Shown here: positions 38,801 to 51,246 of the stretch, piece after piece
How positions within the stretch are numbered: position 1 is the first letter of the stretch
Layout of the letters: the number at the start of each line of letters is the position of its first letter
Assembly (NCBI GenBank): GCA_023920165.1
Contig: CP089278.1
Location: 1,736,001 to 1,800,000 of the forward strand
DNA: 64,000 bases
Reading direction: 5' to 3'
From: Curvularia clavata
Lineage: Eukaryota
Program-made: the position numbers and the translations under genes
The notes under the pieces: model-generated
The model's input: the letters and a program-made list of their open reading frames with translations, nothing else
Told to the model about the DNA's origin: nothing
Database searches by the model: none

Positions 38801-40161
38801 AAGGATCCGTCCTGTCAAGTATCCTATGCAACTTCTTCTATGCTGAGCTTGAACAAGACGTTCTCCATTTTGCACTTGGCGAAGACTGCCTCCTGCTGCG
38901 TCTCCTGGACGACTTCCTTTTAATCACCATCACACAAGAGCATGCTAGGCAATTTGTCCATGTCATGCATAAAGGCCACCCAGAATATGGTGTCGTAGTG
39001 CAGCCTGCAAAATCATTGGTCAATTTTGGTGTGACTTTGGCTGATGGCCAGCGAATTGCTACAAGCGATGCAGATGGGAAATTCCCGTACTGCGGTGTCT
39101 GCATCGACACTACGACTCTTGAAATCAGTAAAAAGACCGACCGACCTCAAACAGCCGGTAAGCAGTATTCGCCAAGATGTGCATGGGAACCAGGGAATAC
39201 TAAGCGTGGCAGTTGTTGAAGATTCCTTGACGGTAGATCTGGCAAGAATGCCTGGTCAGACTTTTCATCGCAAAGCTCTCAAGTGAGTTTCCCCTGGGCG
39301 GGTCCCATATCAGTTTGCCTTTGCCAGCCAATCGGGCCATTAAAGGCATGCAAAGGCCTAACCGCATCTCAACATGGCACTGACACCTTACCTTACAGCG
39401 CATTCAAGATCCAGCTCAGGACTATGCTTATCGATCCATCGTTGAACAGCGTGGCCACTATACTAGCCAATCTGTACCGAAGCTTCTATGAAGCGGCGGT
39501 GAGGTGTCTGGAATATGCGCGTGTGCTGTCCCGGGTGCGGAGTATGAGTTCAAGTGTGCTTATCAGTATGTGCGCCGCATTTTTTCTTTGTAATGCTCAA
39601 CGACTTGACGGCAATTCAACTCGGCTTGTCGTAGTCTGTTAGGACCCTATGCGCTGCATTGAAACCAGTCCGACAAAACTTTTGCGATCGTCATGGCTGG
39701 ACCGACCTGCGCTAGCGACCCAGTCCACTGACCTCATTCCAGGGACGGTAGACAGCATTATTGCGCTAGCATACCTAATGCTCCAGCGCCATTTACGCTC
39801 CCGCAGAAGCAGAGAGGCAATAGTGGTGCAGAGCGCCATTTCGCGCCGACAACTTCAGTGGTAAGTGTTGCTGACCTTTGTTTGATGTCTCATGGTGGGC
39901 GCGTGCACGACTCATGATTTGTCCATGTCAACCCCATGGTTCGGAATCTGACATGGGGGGGCCGCTGCTCGTCTCGCCTGTTTCCAGACAATTGCTGATC
40001 GACGAGATAGGCTGGGGTGTAGGGCTTTTCAGACTGTGTTTCGGAGCAAACAGACACGGCACCACGATCTGTTGGATTGGCTCAAGGCCTCTCTTTCGGC
40101 TGCTTGCATTTCGAGCAAAGAAGAACGACATATGTTAGAGGAAGCGGTAACACGGCATTGA
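35883..40161 (+). CDS. TERT: Telomerase reverse transcriptase (10 exons)
   Basis: Exons 35883-36365, 36416-36941, 36997-37343, 37392-37718, 37768-38235, 38287-39157, 39213-39282, 39399-39565, 39743-39860, 40011-40161. GQ region 'W..LHALLG..NYYQLSG'; 'IFPRQFGLHNVF'; CP 'YTELLRHYCP'; T motif 'FHVTES..RLFYFRHDVW'; motifs 1/2 'IRLLPKKQGFRTIMN'; A 'FAKVDVQACFDTI'; B' 'QKTGIPQGSVLSSILCNFFY'; C 'LLRLLDDFL'; E 'FPYCG'. Confidence 0.97.
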
Positions 40162-41100
40162 AGCTTGAGCCACTGTTATGAATAGCTACGCAGACCCGTC
40201 AAACAAGGAGAATTAGTTGAATGGCTATGGGCCACAGAGCACAAACAACCCAAACACCCGTGTTTAAGAAGAAAAAAAAGTCTCCGAAAACAAAGGCGCA
40301 GATAGCTATGAGATATCGGTGGGAATCGGTGGGAATCGATAGAGGGGGGGTGGTGCTAAGGAAGAAGCAAAACCAAGGATCTGTACCGGGGGACCCACGC
40401 CACGCCATTTTTAGCGGCGGCATGTCGACGCGAAACAAGGCTCGGGGCTTGGCTGCAGGATTTCCGGGAGTGACGGATGCAGCGCAGGGAGCGATGATGT
40501 ATTTGTTCGGTACTCGATGGACTACAATGTATGGAAAGCAATCAGCACCGTGGCGTAGTGTATACGCGGACCAGCCACCGGTTCCATGGCCAGCATGATG
40601 ATGGACAGCGACCGACTGCGGTGGCCTGCGGTGATTGGGCGAGGCATCAGCAATGGCATGGTGATGTCAAGCGTACATGCGGCGGCCGGGACACCAACCC
40701 CCAGATGGGTTGAGTGCTGGGGTTGCGTAGGGGCCTTTCCAACGCCGAGGGCTCTGTGAAGAATGCCTTGGTAGCTGAGCATGGTCCGTTTGGCAGAAGC
40801 ATACATAGGTGCATGGGTGAATCGAATCGGCCGCACTGGTCTCATAAGCTGGGAACTTGTCACGACACCAGCACTGGGTTCCTCACCTCCCGCCCCAACG
40901 GCACACACATATTACACACGCACACATATATCCGCTGTTGCGCAGATGCTGTCATTTGGTCGCAATTAAACGTGAGCCAGGCCACTCCAGCCGCCCATGG
41001 GCCCAGAGCACAACAAGGCCCACTGTTGGACACCCCTGTTCCCTATCTGAGAGATCAGGGGCTAGCGCCAGGTCTGCAAATTGCGCCGCCGACGCTCAAG

Positions 41101-43575
41101 ATGCCTGCCGTACAACATCGCCGGCCGCTGCCTCCTGTCAACGAGACCGACGACAGCGAATACCTCAACCAAGACGTCCACTACATCTCAAAAACAAAGT
41201 CGCTGTACATTGTATCCGAGCATAGTTATGTCCGCTCACTAAGCCCGCCTCCCTGCGTGCGCGACGACTGCGCCGACAAGCCCCTTCACCGCATTGCCTC
41301 TCCCCTCCCACTCTCGACACAGCGAAAACCACCACGGCCGCTCATGGCCACCCTCACCTATGCGCATGACGCGCCCTCGCACTTTGGCGCCCCGCCCGGC
41401 AGCCCGCCCGACCTGACAAACTCAAAGTCGTCCAAGTCGTCCAGCATTCATTCGTCGACACTCTTGGACTTTATGGGCACCACCGAGAACCTCTCCCACT
41501 TCGAAGACATCAACCTGGACGAAGCATCGGGCGGGCCTGCCTCGTTCCCAATGCCCGCAAACCCGTCGAATCGCCTCGTCTACGAAGCTCCCCGCCCTCC
41601 CATCTCCGCCAGGACCCTTTCACATCCCACCCAACACTCGTTTCGCGACCTCACCGGCACGGCCAAGCCAAAGTACCCGAGCTTGAAGGGCCCAGTCAAC
41701 CATGTCGTACAAAGACAGCAGACCCAACTGGCAGCCCCTGGGAAGCAGTCCCGAAGGGCATTGACTTCTCCTTCTGCCCCATCCCTCGGTACCCTGGGGC
41801 TTACAGCACCACGGCGCTCCTCGAGATCACCCTCTCCATCCAATGTCCAAAACTCCTTGTCAGGATCACGCACACTTTCTCGCCAAAGTTCCCGAACCGA
41901 TGTCCTACCGTCCCCTGGCCCATCCTCTAGAAGACAGTCGTGGCAGGACTCAAAACGGAAGACGGTCAAAGAGAGAGAGGCTGAATGTGATGATGAGGAC
42001 GACGAGCTTCCCGAGGATGCCGTCATCTGGAATATCCCTATATCGCCTCGCCCAACACAGGAGCGATCACCCACACCCTGGACGGGTGAAAACACGCCCC
42101 AGACGTCACCGCTTCCAGACACGGTGGAACCCTCAAAGCCATCCCCAGCGCCATCTGTATCCCAAAAATCACAGAGGACTCCATCACCAAATGTTTCCAG
42201 CAGAGGCGTGTCTCCGAAATCACCAGCGCCACAAACCACTTGGGCAGATACATATACTGCGCTAGACCCGGACGCCAGAAAGCTCACAGAAGCCTTGGAA
42301 GAATTCCAATCCGAGTATGAACGAAAACAGGAAATTACAAGGCAACAACCTGGGCTTGCAAGATCAGCATCCGTCGGTCCGCCTGCGCCAAAAACCAAGA
42401 AGCCAACACTCCCACCCGTCCGGAAAAGCGATCCCCTCATCGACCCTTTCCAGCCGTCAGTTGAGAAGCAAAAATACTTGTCTCGGACTCGACCATCCTG
42501 GCTCCCTCCCAAGGATCCCAAGGAAGAGAAGAAGCATCTCAGAGAGTACCAGCGCATGTTGGCTCGGATCGAGGAGGCCGGTAAGTAGTATTCCTTGCAG
42601 CGCAGCTTGTGTTGCTGTCAACTAACAAACTCAGAACGTCTTGAGGCCAAACGTGCTCAAGAAGAAGCACTCGCTCGTGAGAAAGCCAGCCGCATCAAGG
42701 CCGAGTATTGGTCCAGCCTCCTCCTGCCGAATTGGGCTACCGAAATGACCAATCCTGAGCTGAAAGCGACACATCGAAAGATGTGGTGGAACGGCATTCC
42801 TCCAAGGTTGCGGGGTCAGGTCTGGCAGAAGGCAATCGGCAACGACCTCGAAGTAACCGAACTAACCTACAACATTGCGCTGGAAAAGGCTCAGACAGAA
42901 GTCAAAGCACACGGCCACGAAGCGCTCGGAGGCCGTTACCTTTACATCATTCAGAGTACGCACACTGTATTTCCAAAGCTGAAAATGTTTGCTGCGCAGA
43001 CATCACCAGAGAACGACGACGAACAGCCTCTCCACAAGGACCTTGTTAATGTCTGCTTGGCTTATTCCATGTATCGCCCAGATATTCCGCATTCCAAGTT
43101 TGACATCCACCACATTGCAGCCTTGCTATTGCTCAACCTTCCCGCTCCGCAAGCCTTCATCGCACTGTCCAACTTGCTCAACCGTCCGTTACCTCTATCG
43201 TTTCTCGTCCACGATCAAAACGCCATCCATGCCGCCTATTCGACTACTCTCCATGTTTTGTCGAAGAAGGCGCCGAGCCTCGCTCAGCGATTGGAATCCT
43301 TACGGGTTGAGCCTAGGGATTATCTCTTTCACGCCCTCGGTTCGCTATTCTGCGGGCGCCTAGAAGTAGAACATGCCGCCCGTATCATGGACGTTTACGC
43401 TATTGAAGGTGACAAGAACCTACCGCGCGCTGCTGTCGCTATTCTGTGCATTTTAGAGGGCAGCTGCATGGAGGGGGACGCGGCGCAGGTAGCGCGAACC
43501 CTAAAGGTTAAGAAGATTGAGCTCGACGAAGACGAGTTCATGGCGAGAGTGTACGAAGCTGGCAAGACCTCGTAG
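41101..43575 (+). CDS. SBE2-like motif + TBC (Rab-GAP-like) domain protein; start at 41101 or 41344
   Basis: 'LSRTRPSWLPPKDPKEEKKHLREYQRM' motif; intron 42581-42634; TBC start 'WWNGIPPRLRGQVWQKAIGN' and 'AYSMYRPD..AFIALSNLLNRP'. Confidence 0.85.
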
Positions 43576-45717
43576 TACACATGCTGCACGAAACAAAAAG
43601 GTCAAAGTGTTGCTATCTTTGCTTGTACAGTTGGACTAATTGGCATATTGGATAATACTGCAGCGCCTTCGAGAAGGGGAGGAAGATGAAACAAGAAAGA
43701 AAAGAAAAGACGATCATGTACGAACTTACGCAGCGCGACTTGAAGTATTTGAGAGCTCGACGCAATCACCTAACTTCTTCCCAAAAACCTCTGGTCTCAT
43801 TTGTCTTTCTGCCTGCATATACGGCGTTTTCATTTGTCCATTTGTTTTGCTTTCTCTCTCCTTCTCTGTGGTCGATTGTTCCCAAAGTCCTGGGAATGAC
43901 ATCGGAGGACCGCCAACCTTCTGGCGCATCAGGACACGCCCTCGCCGCCATTCTTGCTTTTGTTGTTCTGTTCTACTGGGTTTCATTTGTATTTGTCACA
44001 AACGTCCATTTATTCATCTTATTCCACAGTGTACATATATACATATACAAAACACATTACTTGTCTAGACTTATTTATCAGAATTGGCAAAAAGCCACTG
44101 ATTAGAAAGAGGGGAGGGTGCTGAGTAGCTAGTGTAGGAATTTATCAAGGGCATGGATTCTCCAGTTGCCAAACGTGCTCATTGCGAATGTCTGGTCTTC
44201 TTTGATTGAGAGGAGAAAGGTCAAAAGTTCTTTTGCATGCATGCCTCTTTGCCTAGAGAAAGGCGTATGCAAGGGAACCAGCTCCCTTGACGCCTTGGAG
44301 TACTAGCAGGGAGAAAAAGTTATATTGGTCTATCCGCATCCAGACACACCCGCATCACGCTCTCTTTTCTTCTCCTCTTAGCTACATGAACCTAGCCGCT
44401 AGCAAAGTGCGGGATTGCAGGAGATTCACAGGTCGGTGCTGTTGAGCAAGCGTCCTGTGGCGTAGCTGAGCGTATGCGCGGGAGCTACCGGTTGGGGCGC
44501 AGACGTTGACGGTCAACGGTTGCAGCGGGCGTTGGAGTTTGCTTGGTGCATTGCGTGCATGATGGAAATTGAAATAGCGGGTCTAGGTTGCTTGGTCGAG
44601 TGCTAAGACAACTAGGGGGTTGGCGGCGGGCATTGTCTTTGTCACAATCAAAGCCAGCTTGTGTAGGCACAACAAAAGTCAGTCGAAGGGCCACAAGAAA
44701 GTCCATAATTGGAGAGATCCTCTTGTGAAACCTTGTGCTTCGCACATTGTGTATGCAACTTTGCCTGTCGGCAGAGCCAAAGTAGACAGCAGTATTGCTT
44801 GGTATTTCACTATCAGCTTAACTCAAGTACACTACTGGTGATTGCACCAGATTGCCATGCTGATGAGGCCTCTAGTTCGCATTTCTTGTTCCTGAATATA
44901 CTGGCCTACCAATCAATGCTTAAAACGTTGAGTCGAAATACTGGACTGGCCAGCAAGTGTCCGTATTGCTTTTAATCCGAAATGAGACGAGTCTTCAATG
45001 ACTCCATAACCCAAACTAGCCAGCACGAGATCTGGAAGACTTTAGTCTGTGCATAACCAGAAGGCTGCTTGTGCTTCATATAGTCAGGAACATGCATGTA
45101 CTTGGACAAGTTTGTGCATGGTGCAACGACGGCAGAGCACATGGACAATCGGGCAACCAAATGCAGCAACCTGCACGCAGCATGTCCACAGGATACGACG
45201 TCCAAGCCTCATCAACCAGCCACAGCCATGTCTTCACACAATATGTACGACCGATCATTGCGCTCTCTCCCACGGCAAAAGCAGGGAGAAACCGCACCCA
45301 AGATCAGCCACTGTATTCCTCTCCACTTCACAGACGGTTTTCGTTCTCATGGAAACCTCACATCGTCCGTAGACGACGGGTCTCTCCAATGAAAATGCTT
45401 TTCGTGAGTGTGCAAATTTTTTGCGTTGTTCAATGGAGAAGAAAGCCAGGGGCCGGGCGCCGCAGAAGTTTTGTCCTCGAGCTCCCCGGCAGAACAATTC
45501 GCCGGCGCTAGCCGCTTGGCCCTGCCCCGCCACACCACTCGACGCTGTTCTGGGTTTGAGTCACTTTGTGTGGGATTTCAAGTCGAAAGTTGGCCGCCGC
45601 CCGTCTCCACTGCAATCATCCCCCGACGTATTGATACCCTCACTCCTGGCCCCTCAGACCACCCAGCCCCCGCCAAGACACTGAAAAAAGCACCTTCACA
45701 TACAGAGCTCGCCCGCC

Positions 45718-47425
45718 ATGGAGTCCGAGTCCGACAATGATTTCCGCGACGACAAGAGCGTATCCGACCACGAGGAGGTTGAAGATACCAAGCCAAAGTC
45801 TGCTCTGAAGAAGGGGCGGGAGCCGGCGCCAGTCGTAGAGCGTCCAGAATTGCCGTAGGTTTGCCATACATGCAGTCCAGGCAGCATCACGGCTAATGCG
45901 CACAAGTGAACAACCAGACCCAAGCACTCTAGACGTCTCGACGCTGACCCCGCTGTCGCCTGAGATCATCTCCCGACAAGCCACTATCAACATTGGAACA
46001 ATTGGCCACGTCGCTCACGGAAAGAGTACCGTGGTAAAAGCCATCTCAGGTGTGCAGACGGTCAGGTTTAAGAACGAACTGGAGCGGAATATCACCATCA
46101 AGCTCGGTTACGCAAACGCAAAGATCTACCAGTGCGACAACTCCGAGTGCCCGCGCCCAACATGCTACCGATCGTACAAGAGCGAGAAGGAGGTTGACCC
46201 GCCTTGCGAGCGTGAGGGATGCGGGGGACGGTACCGGTTGAAGCGTCACGTCTCGTTCGTCGACTGCCCCGGTCACGACATTCTCATGAGCACAATGTTG
46301 TCTGGTGCTGCCGTCATGGACGCTGCATTGCTGTTGATTGCCGGAAACGAATCTTGCCCGCAACCGCAGACAAGTGAACATCTTGCGGCCATTGAGATTA
46401 TGAAACTGAACCACATCATTATTCTCCAGAACAAGGTCGATCTGATGCGCGAGGACAGTGCCGCTGCTCACTACGAGTCCATCCTGAAATTCATTCGAGG
46501 AACCGTCGCCGATGGCTCGCCCATTGTCCCCATCTCCGCCCAGTTGAAGTTCAACATCGATGCCATCAACGAACAACTCATCAGCAAAATCCCAGTCCCA
46601 GTACGAGATTTCTCTGCAAAGCCACACATGATTGTTATTCGATCATTCGATGTCAACAAGCCCGGTGCTGAGATTGACGAGCTAAAGGGTGGTGTTGCTG
46701 GTGGCAGTATCTTGACTGGTGTGTTGAAGCTCGGTGACGAGATCGAGATCAGGCCTGGTATCGTGTCCAAGGACAGCTCTGGAAAGATCCAGTGCAAGCC
46801 CATCTTCTCACGAGTCGTGTCTCTGTTTGCAGAGCACAATGACTTGAAGTTTGCTGTTCCTGGTGGTTTGATCGGTAAGTAATCCACGGTGCGTTGTTGA
46901 TACTTTGACTAACATACACCAGGTGTTGGTACACGCGTAGACCCTACTCTGTGTCGTGCCGATCGTCTCGTTGGTTTTGTGCTTGGTCTCCGCGGCCATC
47001 TTCCCAACATTTACACTGAGCTCGAGGTCAACTACTTCCTCCTTCGAAGATTGCTCGGAGTCAAGACCGCAGACGGCAAGCAGGCCAAGGTTGCCAAGCT
47101 TGCAAAGAACGAAGTCCTCGTAAGTCCCAATACAAGGAAAGAAAAACACAGGTCAACGCTGATACTTTTCTTAGATGGTCAACATTGGTTCTACTGCTAC
47201 GGGCGCCAAGGTTGTCGCCGTCAAGGCTGACGCTGCCCGTCTGTCCCTCACCTCGCCTGCTTGCACAGAGATTGGCGAAAAGGTGGCTTTGTCCAGACGT
47301 ATCGAGAAGCACTGGCGCCTCATTGGTTGGGCCAATATTGTAGCGTAAGTTTAAATGCGCCCTTGACAACCGATGTATGCTTACTATTCTCCAGTGGCAA
47401 CATTCTCCAACCTATCGTTGATTGA
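45718..47425 (+). CDS. GCD11: Translation initiation factor eIF2 gamma subunit
   Basis: '[19 protein letters not shown]', '[12 protein letters not shown]', 'FVDCPGH', 'NKVD', '[14 protein letters not shown]'. Introns 45855-45906, 46875-46922, 47120-47174, 47345-47394. Confidence 0.98.
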
Positions 47426-48239
47426 GAGGGAATGAGTAGCGGGGTAGCTCGTTTGGAGCCGGAACAACACCTTTGACAAAAGGACGACGAGGACACGACC
47501 GATATGACGGCCACCAAAACATGTGCATCATGTTTCTGAGCATTTCTCGTTGGAGTCGGTTGCACTTGGGGATAGACACCAAAAGCGTTTTCGTTTGCAG
47601 CCATGTCCTAGGCGGCATCGGGCAGCCAGGGCGGGCGATGTAGGATCATTGGCACGAAAAGGGCCCGGTGTATCAGTACAATGTCCAGCAGAAGTGACTG
47701 CATTAATGAAACATGTTCAGTCGACTAGAAGTGTTGAGAAGGCGGAACAGAGCGGAGCCGCCGGCCGATCTTCACATGAAAGCCCAGTAGTATGACACAT
47801 GTACGTGCAGCGCTCAACGGTCAGATGCATGCATCAAGCTGTGTGTGTGTCTGCGTCCCCTCATCTACAAGTATTGTGCTCTGTGTGAGTGATTTCCCCA
47901 CCTCCATGAACAGATTGGTTGCCTATATGAGGTAGGTTTGCGAAAGGCTCTGGTGACCGTGCTGATACGAGACCGAGCGCATCCCTCAAGTTAGGTTCAC
48001 GTGCACTGACACGCCTTTAGGGCTTCACTGACATCCCAACCACAACACAGCAACCATTGAATCACGCCAGCACCTGTCGCACGCTCTGCAGCTGGCCCTT
48101 TTCTTCCTTCTTGCACTCGTTTCCCTCCTGTTATCTTTACTTTTTTTTTTATTTTAATCAAGCAGCCAGCTTGCAAGTGTATACATTTGGCCAGACCTGT
48201 GCGGAACCCTGATCCGTTCGCTACTGAGACGCCAGGGCA

Positions 48240-49564
48240 ATGGCAGGAGACCCTTCGAATGCGCACGCGGCACAACCTCCGCTTCACATCTACCGCCCCA
48301 TTCCGCGCCGCAACTTTGAACCGCACAACGACTCTGCAGATTCGCCTACCCACGACTTTACCCAATCAACACCTCCCAGCGCAACCGAGAACCGACGCTC
48401 GTCCGATTTCCTCGCACAGCTAAACGCGCGCCTGCTACGAACATACAACTCCCGCTATGACGAATCGGAAGAGCACGAGCGGGAGGCCCCTCCACGGAAC
48501 AAGAGCCTCTTGAACCTCACAAGCAGCACCTTGTCCGGCATCTACGATGAGACAGGAGTCAACACAGCTGGAGACCAGAGCATGGCAGAAACGCCCTGGG
48601 GCACGGGCGCAGAGACACCAAACCCCATGGCCACGGGCAACCAGACTCGGGACATGGGCATGGGCAGTCCCGACGGTGGGCTGAGCTTGAACGGCCATGC
48701 CAGGAAGGGAGTGGCTAGGGCCCAGGTTGGCCCAAGGAAAAGGAGCCATTCTACCAAGCAGCCACGCCAAGGTGTTTGGAAATACACAGTCCTCGTGGGT
48801 AAACTTGTGGCGCTCTATGTCTTTGGCGTCATCTATGGCGTTATCGTCTCGCATCTCCATGAGACGAGACAGTTGGCTGCGGTCCACGTTGAGGGGGTGG
48901 ACCGCAGAAGTCATGCCTACCTGGCGACATGGGGACTATTTGGCGTCGCACTCGGCAGTCTGCTACCATACGTTGATCTCATATGGGACGCGCAGAGAGG
49001 CGAGAGCCAGACCGGGGAGAAGGATGCCGAAACGGCCGACTCTCCCCTGAGTGAGCAGATCAACGATGTTGTCAGGAGTGTAGCGGCTTTTGTCGGCATT
49101 GCATTTGCTATTGTGAGTTTCTCTGGGCCAGCCTGTTACGGATTGTAATTGATTCTCCTCCCCAGCGTCGCCTCCCGTGGCAATCCACCCTTCAACTTAC
49201 CATCACCCTCGCCCTCGTAAACCCCGCTCTATGGTACATACTCGATCGCTCGAAACCAGGGCTCTCCGTCTCACTCACCGTCACCTCCATTGTTACCTCC
49301 TTCATCTTCCTCTCTAATCCTGACGTCCTGCCTTCTCCGTCTCTGCCGACAACTGTGAATGCGACTCAACCCAGCGACTCACGGGCAAAAGATGCTGCGG
49401 CCGCAACAGCACATGCATCTCAAGATCTGTTTATTGGCATGGTCGACTACGAGAACTTGGCTGTGGTGACATGGGTTGGCAGTGTATTGTTCTGCAGCTG
49501 TGTGTGCTTTGGAAGTATAGGAAGGAGGCTGGCTGTCCTTCAAGAGAGTGGGTGGAGAAAGTGA
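48240..49564 (+). CDS. INSIG-family (Nsg1/Nsg2-like) membrane protein
   Basis: 'SLLNLTSSTLSGIY', TM segments and 'VVRSVAAFVGIAFAI|RRLPWQSTLQ..LALVNPALWYILDRS' across intron 49113-49165; C-terminal 'SVLFCSCVCFGSIGRRL'. Confidence 0.9.
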
Positions 49565-50728
49565 TCTGTTGTCGAAACCGGCAAGGAAATGATAACGATA
49601 ACCGCATAGGCTGGCTTTTTAGGCATTTCAATACGCATGCATACCCATCCAGGGCGAAAGGAATAGAGCATATCGGTCTTATACGGGTCGTCTGAAAAAA
49701 TATTACAGTTTCTCAACACGCTGACCATTGTAATGATCCTCAATCACTTGAGTGCTCGGCAAAATGCAGTAAGAAAAATATTTCGTACCAACACGCGAAA
49801 AGGAAGAAAGGAAAGCAGCAGGGTATGCTTTGATATCTCACACTCTGGACAAGAGGAGAGCAAAAAAACAACTGTCGCAATTTGGCGGTACTGGGAACTG
49901 TAGACATGTTAGTTATGTCTCAGGACCGCCAATATGTGGAGAGGAACGTACTCGAACCCAGGCTGGCGCGGATCTGGATCAGGACACTTCTGTGTCCGCC
50001 AGCCACAACGCGACGTCATACCACTAGCTTGGAACGGGGTCAGCATGCTGTTGTGTGGAGTGAAGGTTGGGATCTGACTTACACCATACCACCTTCTGAT
50101 TGGCTGATTGATGGTAAAATTTGGATTTTATCATCTTATACAAGTACAGACTACGAGTTTGAACTCTTGTCAAGCGGATTCTTTTTCTTTTGTGTGGGTA
50201 GCTGTGCTGTGTTAGGGCTATTAAAGGTCTGCAGATGATTCTCCACCTTTTGGCGGGACGGCTCCGCTCCCCAACAACAGCATGACAAACACAAACTACT
50301 GGGAAGCGAGCTGACTCGTTACAAATTTTGGCTTGTATTTGCCCCACTATCGTGTTTCTGACTAAATACTGTTACGCCTTGTGGAAGTTTTGGATGAGGA
50401 ATTTTGATATCGTTGCTCGGAGGCTGCGGCCAGAGTAACAACCTTGATATCAGGTGCAGCATGTAACGGCCTCAGCACTATGCCCTTGGCTCCACCAGCT
50501 CCGACGATAGAACCAGAATCAGCTCCAAGTCCAAATCAACAATGTTATCCCTTAACTGCTTATTTTACCCTTGTCCACTTGACACCATGATATTTCCTCT
50601 TTTCAATGCTCCTCACCAGTCAGGAAATCAAGAATAGAAAAGGTTAATCGTACCAGTCTCATTCAGCCTGTACCATCTGTCCACCTTCTTTCTCGATCTC
50701 GAATGCTTTGCTAGACTCCTCATGTGTC

Positions 50729-51246
50729 TCATGTCGCAACTCTCAGCTTGTTGCTACTCCTCGACCGTCTTGTTCTTTGATCTAGCTGCCCTGGTGAATC
50801 GCTTGTCGATCTGAGCCCCGGGCACGATCTCTTACTTGGTTTTCTGCACTCATCTTCCTCTTCCAACTTTCTCTTTTTCTTCCGCCTTCTTCCTTCGGTT
50901 TCGTCCTCGCCCTCGTCCTCCGATTCTGCATCACCGTACTCAGAAAACGAATCCTCATCAGCATCGCCTTCGACGTCATCGAAAGCATACCCTAATTCTT
51001 CGTCTGCATCAGAGCCCTCGCTAGTACCCTCAAGATTAGTCGAATCGCTGTAATCTTCACTGTCGGACTGGCTGTGTTGAGAAGGCTTGTAATCGGAGTC
51101 GTCCATCTATCACGTCGAATTAGCACTCAATATCCTACTCGTGTTGGGTATTGGCCTACCTCTTCCGTGTTGCGCTCTGTCTCTACAATCTCTCCAGTAC
51201 TAAGGACGCGGCCTGGGCCTTGGGAGTAAGACCGCTTTGGCGCCAT
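50729..51246 (-). CDS. Small acidic, low-complexity protein with a basic NLS-like cluster
   Basis: Exon 1 51246-51160 (MAPKRSYSQGPGRVL..EE); GTAGGC..CTAAT..TAG intron 51159-51107 joins in phase 0 to a D/E-rich exon containing RRRKKKRK. Confidence 0.55.

Noticed and set aside
35883..40161. Retroelement reverse transcriptase
   Set aside because: It has TERT-specific GQ, CP and T motifs and nine spliceosomal introns, with no LTRs, gag or endonuclease.
12644..40161. Telomere-maintenance cluster (WRN-like exonuclease + TERT)
   Set aside because: The genes are about 21 kb apart with seven unrelated genes between; chance linkage is sufficient.
43600..45700. Telomerase RNA gene near TERT (this 2.1-kb gap or other long gaps)
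   Set aside because: No TAACCCTAA/TTAGGGTTA-type template found by eye on either strand; only partial matches such as TAACCCAAA near 45007.
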